A stretch of 62,222 bases of DNA, the filler included, from Gonapodya sp. JEL0774 (taxonomy: Eukaryota): the NCBI GenBank assembly GCA_027604505.1. It is 7 parts of 7 records of this genome, joined end to end, with 100 filler letters (N's around TTAATTAATTAA, not from the genome) between each part and the next. Parts side by side here need not be neighbours in the genome. Positions count along the whole stretch, not along the records: positions 17,928 to 26,766 come from JADIIX010000436.1; positions 26,867 to 35,703 come from JADIIX010000437.1; positions 35,804 to 44,572 come from JADIIX010000438.1; 4 more parts are not named here. One strand, 5' to 3'. A program made the position numbers and the translations under genes. Of this stretch, positions 26,093 through 37,641 are shown one piece after another. Position 1 is the stretch's first letter. Each line of letters starts with the position of its first letter. The notes below the pieces were generated by a model. That model was not told where the DNA came from and did no database searches. It saw only the letters and a list, made by a program, of their open reading frames with translations.

Positions 26093-26766
26093 CTTGCACT
26101 ACCATGGAGGAAATGCTCGAGACTCGCGGGGAATCCTGGAGCTGCGCAAGATGGACTAAGTCTGAGTTGGACTTATTGGATCAGAGATTAAAACACCGAC
26201 CGGAGCCAGAGCCTTTTGAGTTCATCTCCGATCTTAGTCTATTCAGCAACTGTCTAGGGATCGTAGTCTCTTGCAAAGCTCTTTGTATTCCGAAAAAAAA
26301 AAGGAAATCAGAAATGCTACTAAGGACCAACCATTCACTAAGTCGATATCAGGATCTGCGACACTTGAACCACGCCGGAGAGTGATCATGCTTCAGATCC
26401 AACAAGGACACGCTTGAGCTGATTTGAAGTGGGGTATGATCTCCAATGCTCGAGTGTTCTTCTACATGTTCGCTCCCGGCCAAAGTAGTGTCATGCAACC
26501 CCCCTTGCAGTTCCGCATGCGTGCAGACATGCGTGTTCCGTACATCATCCTGAAACAACACCCTCGCGATCCCCTTCAAGCTCTCAGGTGATAAGTGATC
26601 CTCAGAATCACAGTGACGCCCTCGTTTGGGAGTCGGAGGGCAGTGAGCTCCGGTGGGGGTGCACTCTGTCATTGGAGAAGTGACGTGTGCTCTAACGGGG
26701 GTTGTGAAGGCTCGGCACTGGGGAAAGCGAGGTGCTTCACATTCAATTGGGCTTGCGCTCGACATC

Positions 26767-26866
26767 NNNNNNNNNNNNNNNNNNNNNNNNNNNNNNNNNN
26801 NNNNNNNNNNTTAATTAATTAANNNNNNNNNNNNNNNNNNNNNNNNNNNNNNNNNNNNNNNNNNNN
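26767..26866. other. Artificial contig linker
   Basis: N44-TTAATTAATTAA-N44. Confidence 0.99.
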
Positions 26867-27107
26867 GAGTTTGAGCTGAGTGACGGCTAAAACTCAAGCA
26901 CTGAATCCACCCATGAGCTCACATCTGCCTCGAATAAAACGTCTCATCGATGCTGATCTCCGACGTTCCCTGTCCACTCGAGTCATCTGAGTTCATTGTC
27001 GGCAGTTTTCGCCCACGAGCTCCACCCGACGGCGAAACCCCAGGATCAACCTCTCCAGCATAAAGTAAAGTCAAATGAGTCTCTGAAAGACGCTGCTGAA
27101 AGACAAC

Positions 27108-28869
27108 ATGGCAAACTCGTTGGTGGATCTCGAGGGAAAGTACAAGCTGATCGGGGGTGAGAATTCGTTCTTTACCATGAAACTGCGACCGTGAGTTCAT
27201 CGGAAAAATCTGCATCCGACTCCGAAATGTCCATTCACGTGGTGTTTCTTCTCCATGTACACTCTCCGTTTTCAGGTTCATGCGCTACAAGTCCATTCCA
27301 TTTATTGAAATTGAGCACGTGCCTTCGGTGGCTCAAAGCATCATCCTCCCTAGAACCGAAGTCCAATACATTCCCGTTCTCATCTGCCCAGACGATATGA
27401 CAGTGCTCCAAGACACATCAGACATTATTGACTTTTTGGAGAAGAGGCACCCAGATCCCGTCGTGGTCGTGCCTGCCGGAAGTCATCCGTTGAAACGGTG
27501 GGCAGATTTTTTGGTGGAGGCTTGGAGTGACGAGTGGATGGTCATATGGTGAGTTCGCATAATCTTGTCGCAGTGCACGCATGCGCATGCAATGGATTGC
27601 ATTCCGTTGTGTCCCCTTCTTACATCGCTTGCTGTGCTTGATACGCTCTGAGATGACCTACCTGTTGAACACTTCAGGGCTATGCACTACCGCTGGTCCG
27701 ATCGATCTTCCCGCCGTCATATCTACTACGAGTTTGGTCGCAGAGCTTTAAGTGCGCAAGGCCTTACTGGTGACGTTGAGAACTTCGTCAAGGCCGGCGA
27801 GAAGATTGGGGACGCTTTCAGTGGGGGTAGCTTGTATGGACAAGGAATCACGAGTATCGGGGCTGAAGCGTGCGAAAGAAGTTGGGAAGCACAGTTGAAG
27901 ATTCTGGACAGGCATTTCGTGAGTTGTATCTGCAACGGATTGCGGGCGTTTCACTCGGAACCTGACCAGCACAATGATTTCTTTCATTCTGTCCACCCAG
28001 TCAACCCACCCGTATCTATTTGGCGACGTCCCCTCTATCGCTGACTTTGCTCTCAACGGACCATACTACGGGCATCTGTATCGCGATCCGATTCCAGGGC
28101 GAATATTGAGGCTGACGGCGCCCGCTGGTGGGTGAAGTCAACGATCGCAGCAGCGCACGTTTGGGCCTTACCAGTTATTGTCCTTTAGTCGCTGACTGGA
28201 CGGAGAGGACTTCGGGTCTTGTCCCCTCACGATCGGCCAAAATTCGGATCATGTGAGTTGCCATTCGTTTCGATCGAGCAGGAAATGAGCAGCGAGTACC
28301 GAGATCTCATCTACTTTACACAATTAAGTGGTGCCGATCCTTCCACCTCCAAGGATCCCACCGCCAAGCTCAAATTCGTCACTGTCACCTCTCCCGAACC
28401 TCTCTCCCAACCGGACATCATCCCTGCAACAATCCGTCCGCTCTTCCATCTCATTTTCATCGACTTCATCCCTCACATGCTACTTACCATGGCCATGCTC
28501 AAGACCCACATCGCCAAGATTCCCGCCGACGCTCGAGAAAGACCCCTCAGGCGCACGATCGGTGGGGCGCCCTTCACGCTCACGACACCGTCAAAAGTGT
28601 ACAGTGGTGAACGTCGGGTGTACCCGTACGCGGTGTGGATGATGCAGCGGTCCGTAGATGCGTATGAGATTGATCTTGACGATGCGGGAAGAGCAAAGGT
28701 GGACGAATTTTTGGCCCAGCTGGACCGTGATATGGCAGAGTGTAAGGCAGTGGAGAGGTGGGCTGAGATACGGAAGGCGATACGAGATGTCAGGGTGAAA
28801 AGGGTGAAGAACGAGTTAGTGGTGGATTGGGAGAGGATTGAAAGATACAAGACAGGAGCGAGGTTGTAA
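27108..28869 (+). CDS. Glutathione S-transferase family protein (long, bacterial-type)
   Basis: YKLIGGENSFFTMKLRP|FMRYKSIPF..YIPVLICPDD..LQDTSDIIDFLEKRHP; VEAWSDEWMVIW|AMHYRW; HPYLFGDVPSIADFALNGPYYGHLYRDPIP. Confidence 0.85.
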
Positions 28870-31040
28870 AACATTTCTGGATTCTAGGTTGTTCATTCCT
28901 TATGCTGGAAGCCGGATTCGTTCATTTGAGCATGTTAGGTGAATGAACAACGCTTGATTAGTCTATACGAGGGTGCTAGTTTGTGGAATTGTGTATAATT
29001 CCTTCAAATCTTTTCATTACTGATATTATCTTTCGAGTAATGTTGATCCAAAATCCCAATTTCTTTCGGAGATGGCGCCGTGGTACGACATGCCCAATAT
29101 CATTAGCAAACTACACGCACCACCTGTGTTGAATCTGGCGGTATCCCCCGCTCATTCCGAAAGTCTTTCCTGCACACTGTTTTGTGCATGTTTCAGCGTG
29201 CTTTGTGACAGTTCTCATCGCGTTACGTCATTGCGATCGTTCACTGTCCGCACATTCGTGTAGGGGCGATTCTGTCACGCCCAACTGCCATACACAGAGT
29301 TTTCATTATTATGAATGGAGGGGGAGGCTGCCATGTGGGGAAGGTTGGAACAGTTTTGTGCGCTGATGTGGGAGGTCGTACAAGAAGAACCGATAGCTTT
29401 CGGGGTGAGAGGGAACTGTCAAGTCAAGGGGATCCCACGCTTGCGGAGAACGGAACGTGGGATTTGGACAACCCTGTGGCAGAGATGGCGAAATGGAAGG
29501 GACGGCGCGGAAGATAGAAACGATTTGTTTGATTCCAGTACAGTCAAGGGCAACGATGGCCCGCTTCCAACGTTCATTGAGAGGAAAGATAATGACGGCA
29601 TGCTGTAATTGACTGTTGCTGCTAAAGGCGGTTCACTTGGAACAGATAATCCTGAAGAAACCACGCCAGTGATCATCCGAGCCTGTCCGGGTGATTGGGC
29701 TCCCAAGATAGAGATTCGTCTATCCTTGTAGTGCAAGCTCAAGAGATTTCGTCGTTCGAAGAGGCTGAAGGACACGGTGTATGCTGGTACACAGTTTTCC
29801 ATTCCCTTTCATGATGCGACTCTGCGAATGATGGCCCCTGGCTTGCTTCAACCAGTCCATCTCCCTCAAAAAGGGACGACACAAACGATTTCTTTACTGT
29901 ATCAGTCCTCATATGGTGTCCTGGAGCCAGAATTTTCGCACTGCGCTGGGGATGTCACTTATATATGTACGGTGTGCAAAAGTAGTGCAATCATTTGATC
30001 CAAAGTGCGTCAGCGATGAGAAGGAACAGAGGGAGAGGGGTGCAGAAACGTGGGGATTGGAGCTCGCCATGGGCTTCATTTGCATTTGATTCCACGTTTC
30101 GGCACGTGTCAGTACTGACTACGTGGCGCTGCACACCAACCATTAACGGACCATTGCAATTCCCACTCTACCGGCATTGAGGGTTAGTACATCTTTCCAG
30201 GTGCTTCTTTGTATATGATCACTCGGCCGTGCAGTTGGAGCATTTTCGTTGACGTGCATGAAATCAAGGATGGGAGATTGGACGACTGGGGTTCTACAGC
30301 AGACATCATTATAGTTTCTAGCTATGATTCCTTTCCATCGTATCTTTTCGACAACCCGCGTTTTCAGCCAAGCAAGAGCTCTGTTCCGCGGTTCAAGGTA
30401 GTTTTGCCTCTGCACCTGGACGGCGCCGGCAAGGTTCCCTCATCCCGGCAATCAAACGTGTTCACCCGAGTGTCAGCATCATTCATTGGGAATGACACAA
30501 CTCAATTTTTATCAGTAGATTCTTACAAAACATCTGTCACCTGCCAGTCTCATGGAAGACTGGTCCTTTATCTCTAATAATCCAGTGGTTTTTCTTGTCG
30601 TTTAGAATGCGGTGACGAAACGAGAGAGGGGTAACAATTACGAAACCCAATTCAGACCTCGCGATTACGATTCCAGGATTGTAAAAGCGGCGCACATTAT
30701 TGTTATTTCTCGACAAGGTGTGCACGGTAAAAGCAGTTTATACGTGTGTTAGGGCGGATGAATTCCAAAACTCAGTTGAACCGGGCTCAGGCTCCTCCGC
30801 GGAATCGGAAAATTCGAATCGCAAGCGGAGAACACGTTGAATCGAATTTCAGCCTTGAACATAAAGGCGACCGCTTTACTCGGCAGATTCCAATCTTCGC
30901 TGTTATACTCAATCGAGCTCATATAGGGCTCTCTATCTTGCAAGATTTCAAGCTCTTCTCTTTCTCCAACGTCACTTGCCAATCTGCTCGGCGCCGCCCC
31001 CGCTATCGCTCCCATCAGTACCGAACCACAACCGAATCTG

Positions 31041-32720
31041 ATGGCTGTCAAGATTATGAAGGCCTTCACAACATCCTCCAGTCGAAGCTCCGATACGCTG
31101 GTGGATTCGCCCGTGCTCCCCTACGGTCCCCGTAGCGAGGTTGTCAATGGCACATTCGCTACTTGGAACATCTCCCACAAAGTACTCGGCTCTGGCAGCT
31201 TTGCTGTTGTCAAGGAAGCCATAAATCTAGAGACTGGGAACAAGGTGAGCTTGTCTTCTGTCTACTCTATCGATTACGAGACCGTCTTCGCACGGAAGCT
31301 ATTTTTTTGTGTTGCACACTCTCATCTCATCGCACATGCACACTTTTCTCACATCCTATGCACAGGCCGTCGTCAAGATATGCACTCTCGGCTCACCCTC
31401 GGGAAGCTCTTCCCACCACAACCTGTACCCATTCCGCGAACTCGCGACCTTGTCCCACGTTGGCGTCATCCACCACCCAAACATCGTCCGATTACTCGAT
31501 GGATGCATCGTCAACGACTCTGTATACATCTTTGAGGAGAAGGTCGAAGGTGTCGAGCTCTTTGATTACCTCGTGAGTAAACTACGAGTTTGGGTTGTCA
31601 TTTGTTCATCTGAAATTGTTGTTTTCTAACCTCATTTCTCTCTCCTTTACTCTTTCCCACTCCAGAAATCTCACGGTGGCCGCTTGCCCATCGAGCAGGT
31701 CCGCACCATCACCGCCCAGCTCCTGTCTGCTCTACGCCACATCCACAAGCTGGGTGTTCTGCACCGCGACATCAAACTCGACAACATCATCATCAATGCG
31801 CAAACACTGCACGTTACTCTTATTGACTTCAACCTCGCATCGTTTTACCGAGACGATGCGCCCTTGTCCGAGCCCGTTGGATGCATCAACTATTCCTCGC
31901 CCCAGATTCTGGAGATCGCAGTCAAGGGCACGACTTACTTGCCCGCGCAAGGGTGGTCGGACCTGTGGGCCCTCGGAGTCGCCATTTACGGTATGATGGT
32001 TGGGTGAGTAGTCAAAAGTCGTGCTTTCGCATGCAGCATCACTTTCGTTGCATAAGATCTTCCTCTGACCTTCTTCATCAAACCTCCAGGTTCTTCCCCT
32101 TCAAATCCGAGCAAGCACGATCTCTGCTCAAAGAACAAACCCGTCTCACCTCCAAACCCCTCAACTGGTTCGTCGAAGACATCGACCCCGTCGGCCGCGC
32201 CTTTGTCGAACGCATCCTCACACCGCTCTCTGTCGGTACCATCTCCGCCGAGTCGCTCATGCAAGACCCATTCGTCGCGGGCCACGTGGCGCTGTCTGCG
32301 GATCCTCTCGCCGAACATACCGGCGAGCACCCTTTTGAGGCCTTGGTTGCTCAAGAGACGGGGTTGGTCGGCGAGGATTTGGCGGACCAAGAAATTTCGG
32401 TGCGGCGGTTGGTTCGCAATATGGTGGGCGTCATCACGTTGAAGCTTGAAGCAGCCGGCGTGGAACTTCCCCATCGGGACAGTCTCTCTTCGAACGACAC
32501 CAGCACACGCGGCATTTCCGAATCGTCGGTGGGCTCATCTGGGAGTTTGAGCTCGAGCTCGGGACGGACAGTTGTAGCGGCTGACGAGACCAAGCCCAAG
32601 CGGAAGTGGAAGGTGTTTGGACACAAGGAGCCGCGGCCAGCTGAGTCCGAAAAGGAGGGCGAAAAAAGGCATTGCCCTGGTGGGGTTTTGGGAAAGATGC
32701 TCAACCGGATGAAGAAGTGA
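31041..32720 (+). CDS. Ser/Thr protein kinase, CAMK-like
   Basis: LGSGSFAVVK, AVVK, HPNIVRL, HRDIKLDN, LIDFNLA, GCINYSSPQIL, SDLWALGV. Three GT-AG introns. Confidence 0.93.
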
Positions 32721-33449
32721 GCTGGCGGAGAGGTGGGAGGAAGAAAGACCGAAGGACTCTGACCGTGTTTAGCATCTGCATCCACTACTCTACAAATGTA
32801 TTCTCGTCTCACATTCAATTTGTGTTGCATAATATTACTCTACATTTTGCACATTCAAAACTCAATTCCCTATTCTGTGCACTTGAAAGTCCAAAGATTC
32901 GCGGATGGTGCCCCACATTCCGAAGAAATCAAACGACTGAACGTCTGCGACATTAGGAAGACGGAACAATTCGGCGCAATGAACAGAACTTTAATTTTAA
33001 AATGTCGAGACTGTGTTACCAAGTAATACCGCTTAATTCAGCCTGGGGAGGAACAGTTTGAGACCCCAAACTCCTACCAAATGCATCTCCCATCGTATGA
33101 TTGACCATTGTCCATTGTCTACAACTCACAGTACACCATACCTCGCGTTACTGTTCTTGTACGTTGTCCGTTGAGACACCTGAATCCATTGCTGGACCCT
33201 TAGCACTCTCGCTCATCATTCTCCAACGCCGAAGAAATTATCGAAACGAATTTCTAATGAGCTATAATAATTCTTTCTGTATACATATCAATGAGCAGTT
33301 CCTGTCTTGTGAGTCATATACACTGATTCAGGCACGTGTTGCAGTTTGTGCTCCTTATCAATCCAAATCTCATCCAGGAGCTGAATTCAATTCCCATCAA
33401 GCCTCCAGCACTTTGTTCCTTTCTATTCATTCACATACCTGTTGTCGTT

Positions 33450-35401
33450 ATGCCAGTCAAGCGTTCTCGCGTCGCTATCGTCGGTACGTTGTCTGCGTGC
33501 TGTGATCGATTCTTTCAAATCAGACGCCATTCACCAGGAATGAATCACTGTTATTGACTGACTTTCGTGAAATTTGAACATTCAATACCTCTCTTCTGGT
33601 CATTCTGGTGTTATTCCTTGCCGGGCGATCGTGGTTGCGCACTTGCCGTGGTATTCCCCTTGTTCAGGAGCGGGGTCAGTCGGCGCTGCCATTGCTTACG
33701 CATGCATGCTCAGAGGAGTTCCAGCAGAAATTCTTCTTGTCGATATCGTCGAAGACGTGAGTCCCTTGGCGTGCTTGATTCAAACGGATGGAGTCACCTG
33801 GAAACTCAATACACCGCCCCACCTTCAAACGGGTGTCCAGGCCGTCAAGGGACAAGTTCTCGACCTCTCTGACGCTCAGTTTGTACAAAATGTTAAAGTC
33901 AAACAGGGAAGCTTTCCAGAGGCTGGGCAGTCCGATATCATCATCATCACTGGTGGGTACTTGTCATTGCGATACCGAAAACCATATATTACCAAAGAAT
34001 GTATTGACATCTCCTCGTCACTTTGTTTTGTAACAGCTGGTGCCAAACAGAAGCCCGGGGAGTCACGAATCGAGGTTCGTATCAGAGCGCTAAGTCGCTC
34101 GCAGTTCTTTCAGTTTGGGAAACACCGGAACGTGACCACGGACGTCTACCATTGCGACGAGAGTTTGCCGAGGAGATGTTTTGCATGTTTTGCACTTTCG
34201 TTTGCGGAGTGCGGATTCCGGCTATCTCATTTCGTTCTTGAATCCGTTTCCACATTTCTCAACACTTACGATCTGACGACAACGCGACATAGCTCATCTC
34301 CCGCAATTATGCTATCCTGAAATCTTGCATTGCGTCCATGTCCCCGTTGAACCCCAATGCCATTTTGCTGATCGTGGCAAACCCAGCAAGTACCACTTCA
34401 TTTGCTCTCCTCGTTACTCCCTCCTCTTACCACTTGCACCCCCCGGTTGATCATAATCACAAACGACTGTCTACATTCATTACGCAGGTCGACATTCTCA
34501 CATCCCTCGCCCAATCACTTTCCGGTCTCCCCAGCTCCCAAGTCTTCGGCTCCGGCACCTTCCTGGACTCGGAGCGGCTGCGCGTATACATCGCCGAAAA
34601 ACTCAAAGTGTCTGAGACCAGTGTTCATGCTTTTGCGCTGGGAGAGCACGGCGATAGTCAGTTTATTGCTTGGTCGGTGAGTTGCTGTGAAGTGCAGTGT
34701 TGGTACTTGTCCTGAAGGATGGAACGAGGAGAAGTTGACAAACAGACACTGTTGATGGTGTTGTTGAATGACCTACTTAGGGATGACCCAATTTTGAGCA
34801 CACGGAGCGCGACCCCGGAGGGTGCTGCAGTAGTGGCTGCTAAAACGGTAGCTGAGTTGGGAAGGACAATAGAGACCTTACCAGGACCAAGGTGTTTTGG
34901 GACGCAACTTTTCTCCAACCAATCTGTAATATTCTTCCTTTTCCGTTCAACAATCTGCTTCAATGGACCTCAGGCTGCCTCCGTCGGTGGTGCTCCAGTT
35001 CTAAACTTCCCCGAGTTCAAAGATGCGGACCTGGCCGCCATTCAAAAATCCATCTCGCACAAAGCGTATGACATTATCGCTCTTAAGGGAGCGACTTACT
35101 TTGGTATTGGAGGTACGCGACAGAACGGTAGAGAGCGGTACGTTGATTGGGACCTACCTCACTCCGCACATCCTCCCCAGCCTGCTGTGCTTCCCTTTGC
35201 CTCTCCATTCTCAACGACACCCACACTGTCCGCCCGCTCTCCGTCCTCTCACCTCAACACGGCGTTTGCTACGCCTGGCCCTGCGTAGTCGGCAGAGCAG
35301 GGATCGTGAGGAGGTTGGAATTAACGTTGAATGATGAGGAGAACAAGGCGTTGGAAGGGAGTGCGAAGAACTTGAAGGAGGTTTTGGAGAAGTACACGTG
35401 A
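33450..35401 (+). CDS. ldh: L-lactate dehydrogenase (NAD-dependent)
   Basis: RVAIVGAGSVG Rossmann motif; TAGAKQKPGESR (Gln specificity residue of LDH); VANPVD; GSGTFLDSERL; LGEHGDSQ; IIALKGATYFGIG. Confidence 0.95.
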
Positions 35402-35703
35402 TCTAATTGTGGTGCGAACTCGTGAGGATATGTACTGATACGGACGGGAGCAGCTTGCAGTGCTGGGTTTGTTCTAGACATCCATACAGATGTTATTTCG
35501 AATGTGTCAAGCTTTCACCACTATTGCAGGCGGTGCGATTCAATCGGTTGAGTGCACGATTCATGCTCTCACAATGTTAGAGATCAGCGAAAACTGTTCC
35601 AAGAAGTGCTCAATACGCTGACCAAAGGGACGTCCGTTGAGTGACTTACTCGCTACAGTTTTGCGACAGTCCGCAAGGCTGATATGTACGTGCCGAATGC
35701 CTC

Positions 35704-35803
35704 NNNNNNNNNNNNNNNNNNNNNNNNNNNNNNNNNNNNNNNNNNNNTTAATTAATTAANNNNNNNNNNNNNNNNNNNNNNNNNNNNNNNNNNNNNNNNN
35801 NNN
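35704..35803. other. Artificial contig linker
   Basis: N44-TTAATTAATTAA-N44. Confidence 0.99.
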
Positions 35804-36029
35804 CTTCCCAAGCTACGAGGCCACAGATGTAGCAGCGGTACAGTGGCATAATTGGTCCGGGCCGACTGAGGTCTGGATACGTGACGCACAGTTTAAAGAT
35901 GTGGGGAGGAGGATGAACTGCAAGATAAGCGCAACAACAGAGTCGGCACAAGTTGACAATAGGCAGACAGATGACCATTTGTAAGAGACGGTAGGAGGAG
36001 AAAACGGGGCAACGTCTGCAACGCACGTA

Positions 36030-36250
36030 CGTGCTCTATACATGGCCGAACTCTTCTGCCACAATGTCCAATGGTTGCCGTGCGGTTTCTGGGACGCAGC
36101 TTTGGATGTGTTGTACAGCTTAGGGCACGTAGCCATGGTCCGGTCAGGATGTAGCAGGACTTCACGCGCCCTGTGTGCTTTCTTGAACGCCTCATCGTCA
36201 ACGTTCCGTGACAGCTTCAGAAGACTGTAGAGAGATTTGCCACAGACCAT
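36030..36250 (-). pseudogene. DnaJ/J-domain remnant
   Basis: MVCGKSLYSLLKLSRNVDDEAFKKAHRAREVLLHPDR (helices I-II + HPD). A helix-III-like AEEFGHV*STY lies in another frame and contains a stop. Confidence 0.6.
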
Positions 36251-37641
36251 CGGATCTTTGCGAGATGTGAAGGTGCAAGTGGGTTGGGACAAAGTGTGAA
36301 GACATGCCGCACCCTTTCTTTGGACCACTCAAACCACATCATTCCCAACCAAAAAGCTGAAAGCACAATCTGCAATTAAATGGAGTCTCGAACTCCGCCA
36401 TCCTGGAGTGAACTGCAATTTTGTGCGAAAGTGGATAGGTTTCGGAATGTCCTCATGTTTTGAATTTGTAGGAGTACAGCAGTAGGACATCTCACTACAT
36501 CTCTACCCACCTTCGATCACCGGAGAAGTGACTGCAACAAGTGGCAAGTCGTTTGCGTTCGATTTCTGTGCAACAGAGGCCCTGACAGGTAGAGGAAATC
36601 CACTTCACGCCCAATTTGAACGTACCTTCAACACCGACCAGATTCTGGAATCACCTCCGATCCTAGATGACGGAATCAAAGTTGGTTCCCACTTCGTACG
36701 AGTTTGTCTCGTCAGAATCACAGAGACTGCTCGCAAACCAGAGCAGACGAACAGGAGGTACACACGATGGACGAGCAGGGGCTCCGAATCCGAATTTAAC
36801 AAATAGATTTGCGGAGGAAACTCAAGAAAGGTCCAAACATAACCTTACGCAGATGCGTTGCAGAAGGTGGACAGTCCACATGTCCAGCTGCTTGTCCGCC
36901 TCCCTTTCCTGGCCCACTCTACACTGCAGACCCTCGTCCGTGTCATCATACGACCTCAGAACCCCCAATGCCATTTTGATGGATCCCTCCCGGAGCAGCT
37001 ACAATGTCCTGGGCAGGGGGGTTGGGGGGGGAGAGCAGCGGGTCTTGCTTCAAGGGAAGTTTTTTGCGGAGTATGGTCTGTTCACTAGCGGATGTGCTTT
37101 GGTCATTATTTAGGGGAGCATTTGGGGAGCGCTGGGCAGGCAAGGGGGACATTGGGCAGGCATTGGGGGGGCATTCGAAATAACTTTCGAATATCAAGTG
37201 ATACCACTATATTTTTCTCTGAAATTACAACTCACACGAAATGGTACTTTGTCTTTCTCACCACTGTGTAATAGAAAAGACTTGTGGTGCTTGCTACAAG
37301 TGAATCACACGAACAGTCCACACCTCCTGTGTGAGCATCATCCTCCCTACCAAGAGCTGCCATGCTTCCCAACTCGTCCTGCGCATGCTTTACCACCTTG
37401 TCACTCATATTGCGTCTTCATTTCTCTGCCACTTGATATCTAGGCCCCGTTTGCTCTGTTGATTGGCAGGCAGGGATACACAGCCTTTGTCCACCTTAAA
37501 ACTTGTTTTTGCCCCTATTCCAAAATTTTTTTGGAATGATATCAATGTGATATGATAGCATTATGAAAGTAAACTTGGCGGGAAATATACTCATGACACT
37601 TGATGATATACATATGTCGCGCCCTGCCAACATCACTGTTA

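Noticed and set aside
34677..34974. snoRNA or other ncRNA in the long LDH intron
   Set aside because: No convincing C/D or H/ACA boxes identified by eye.
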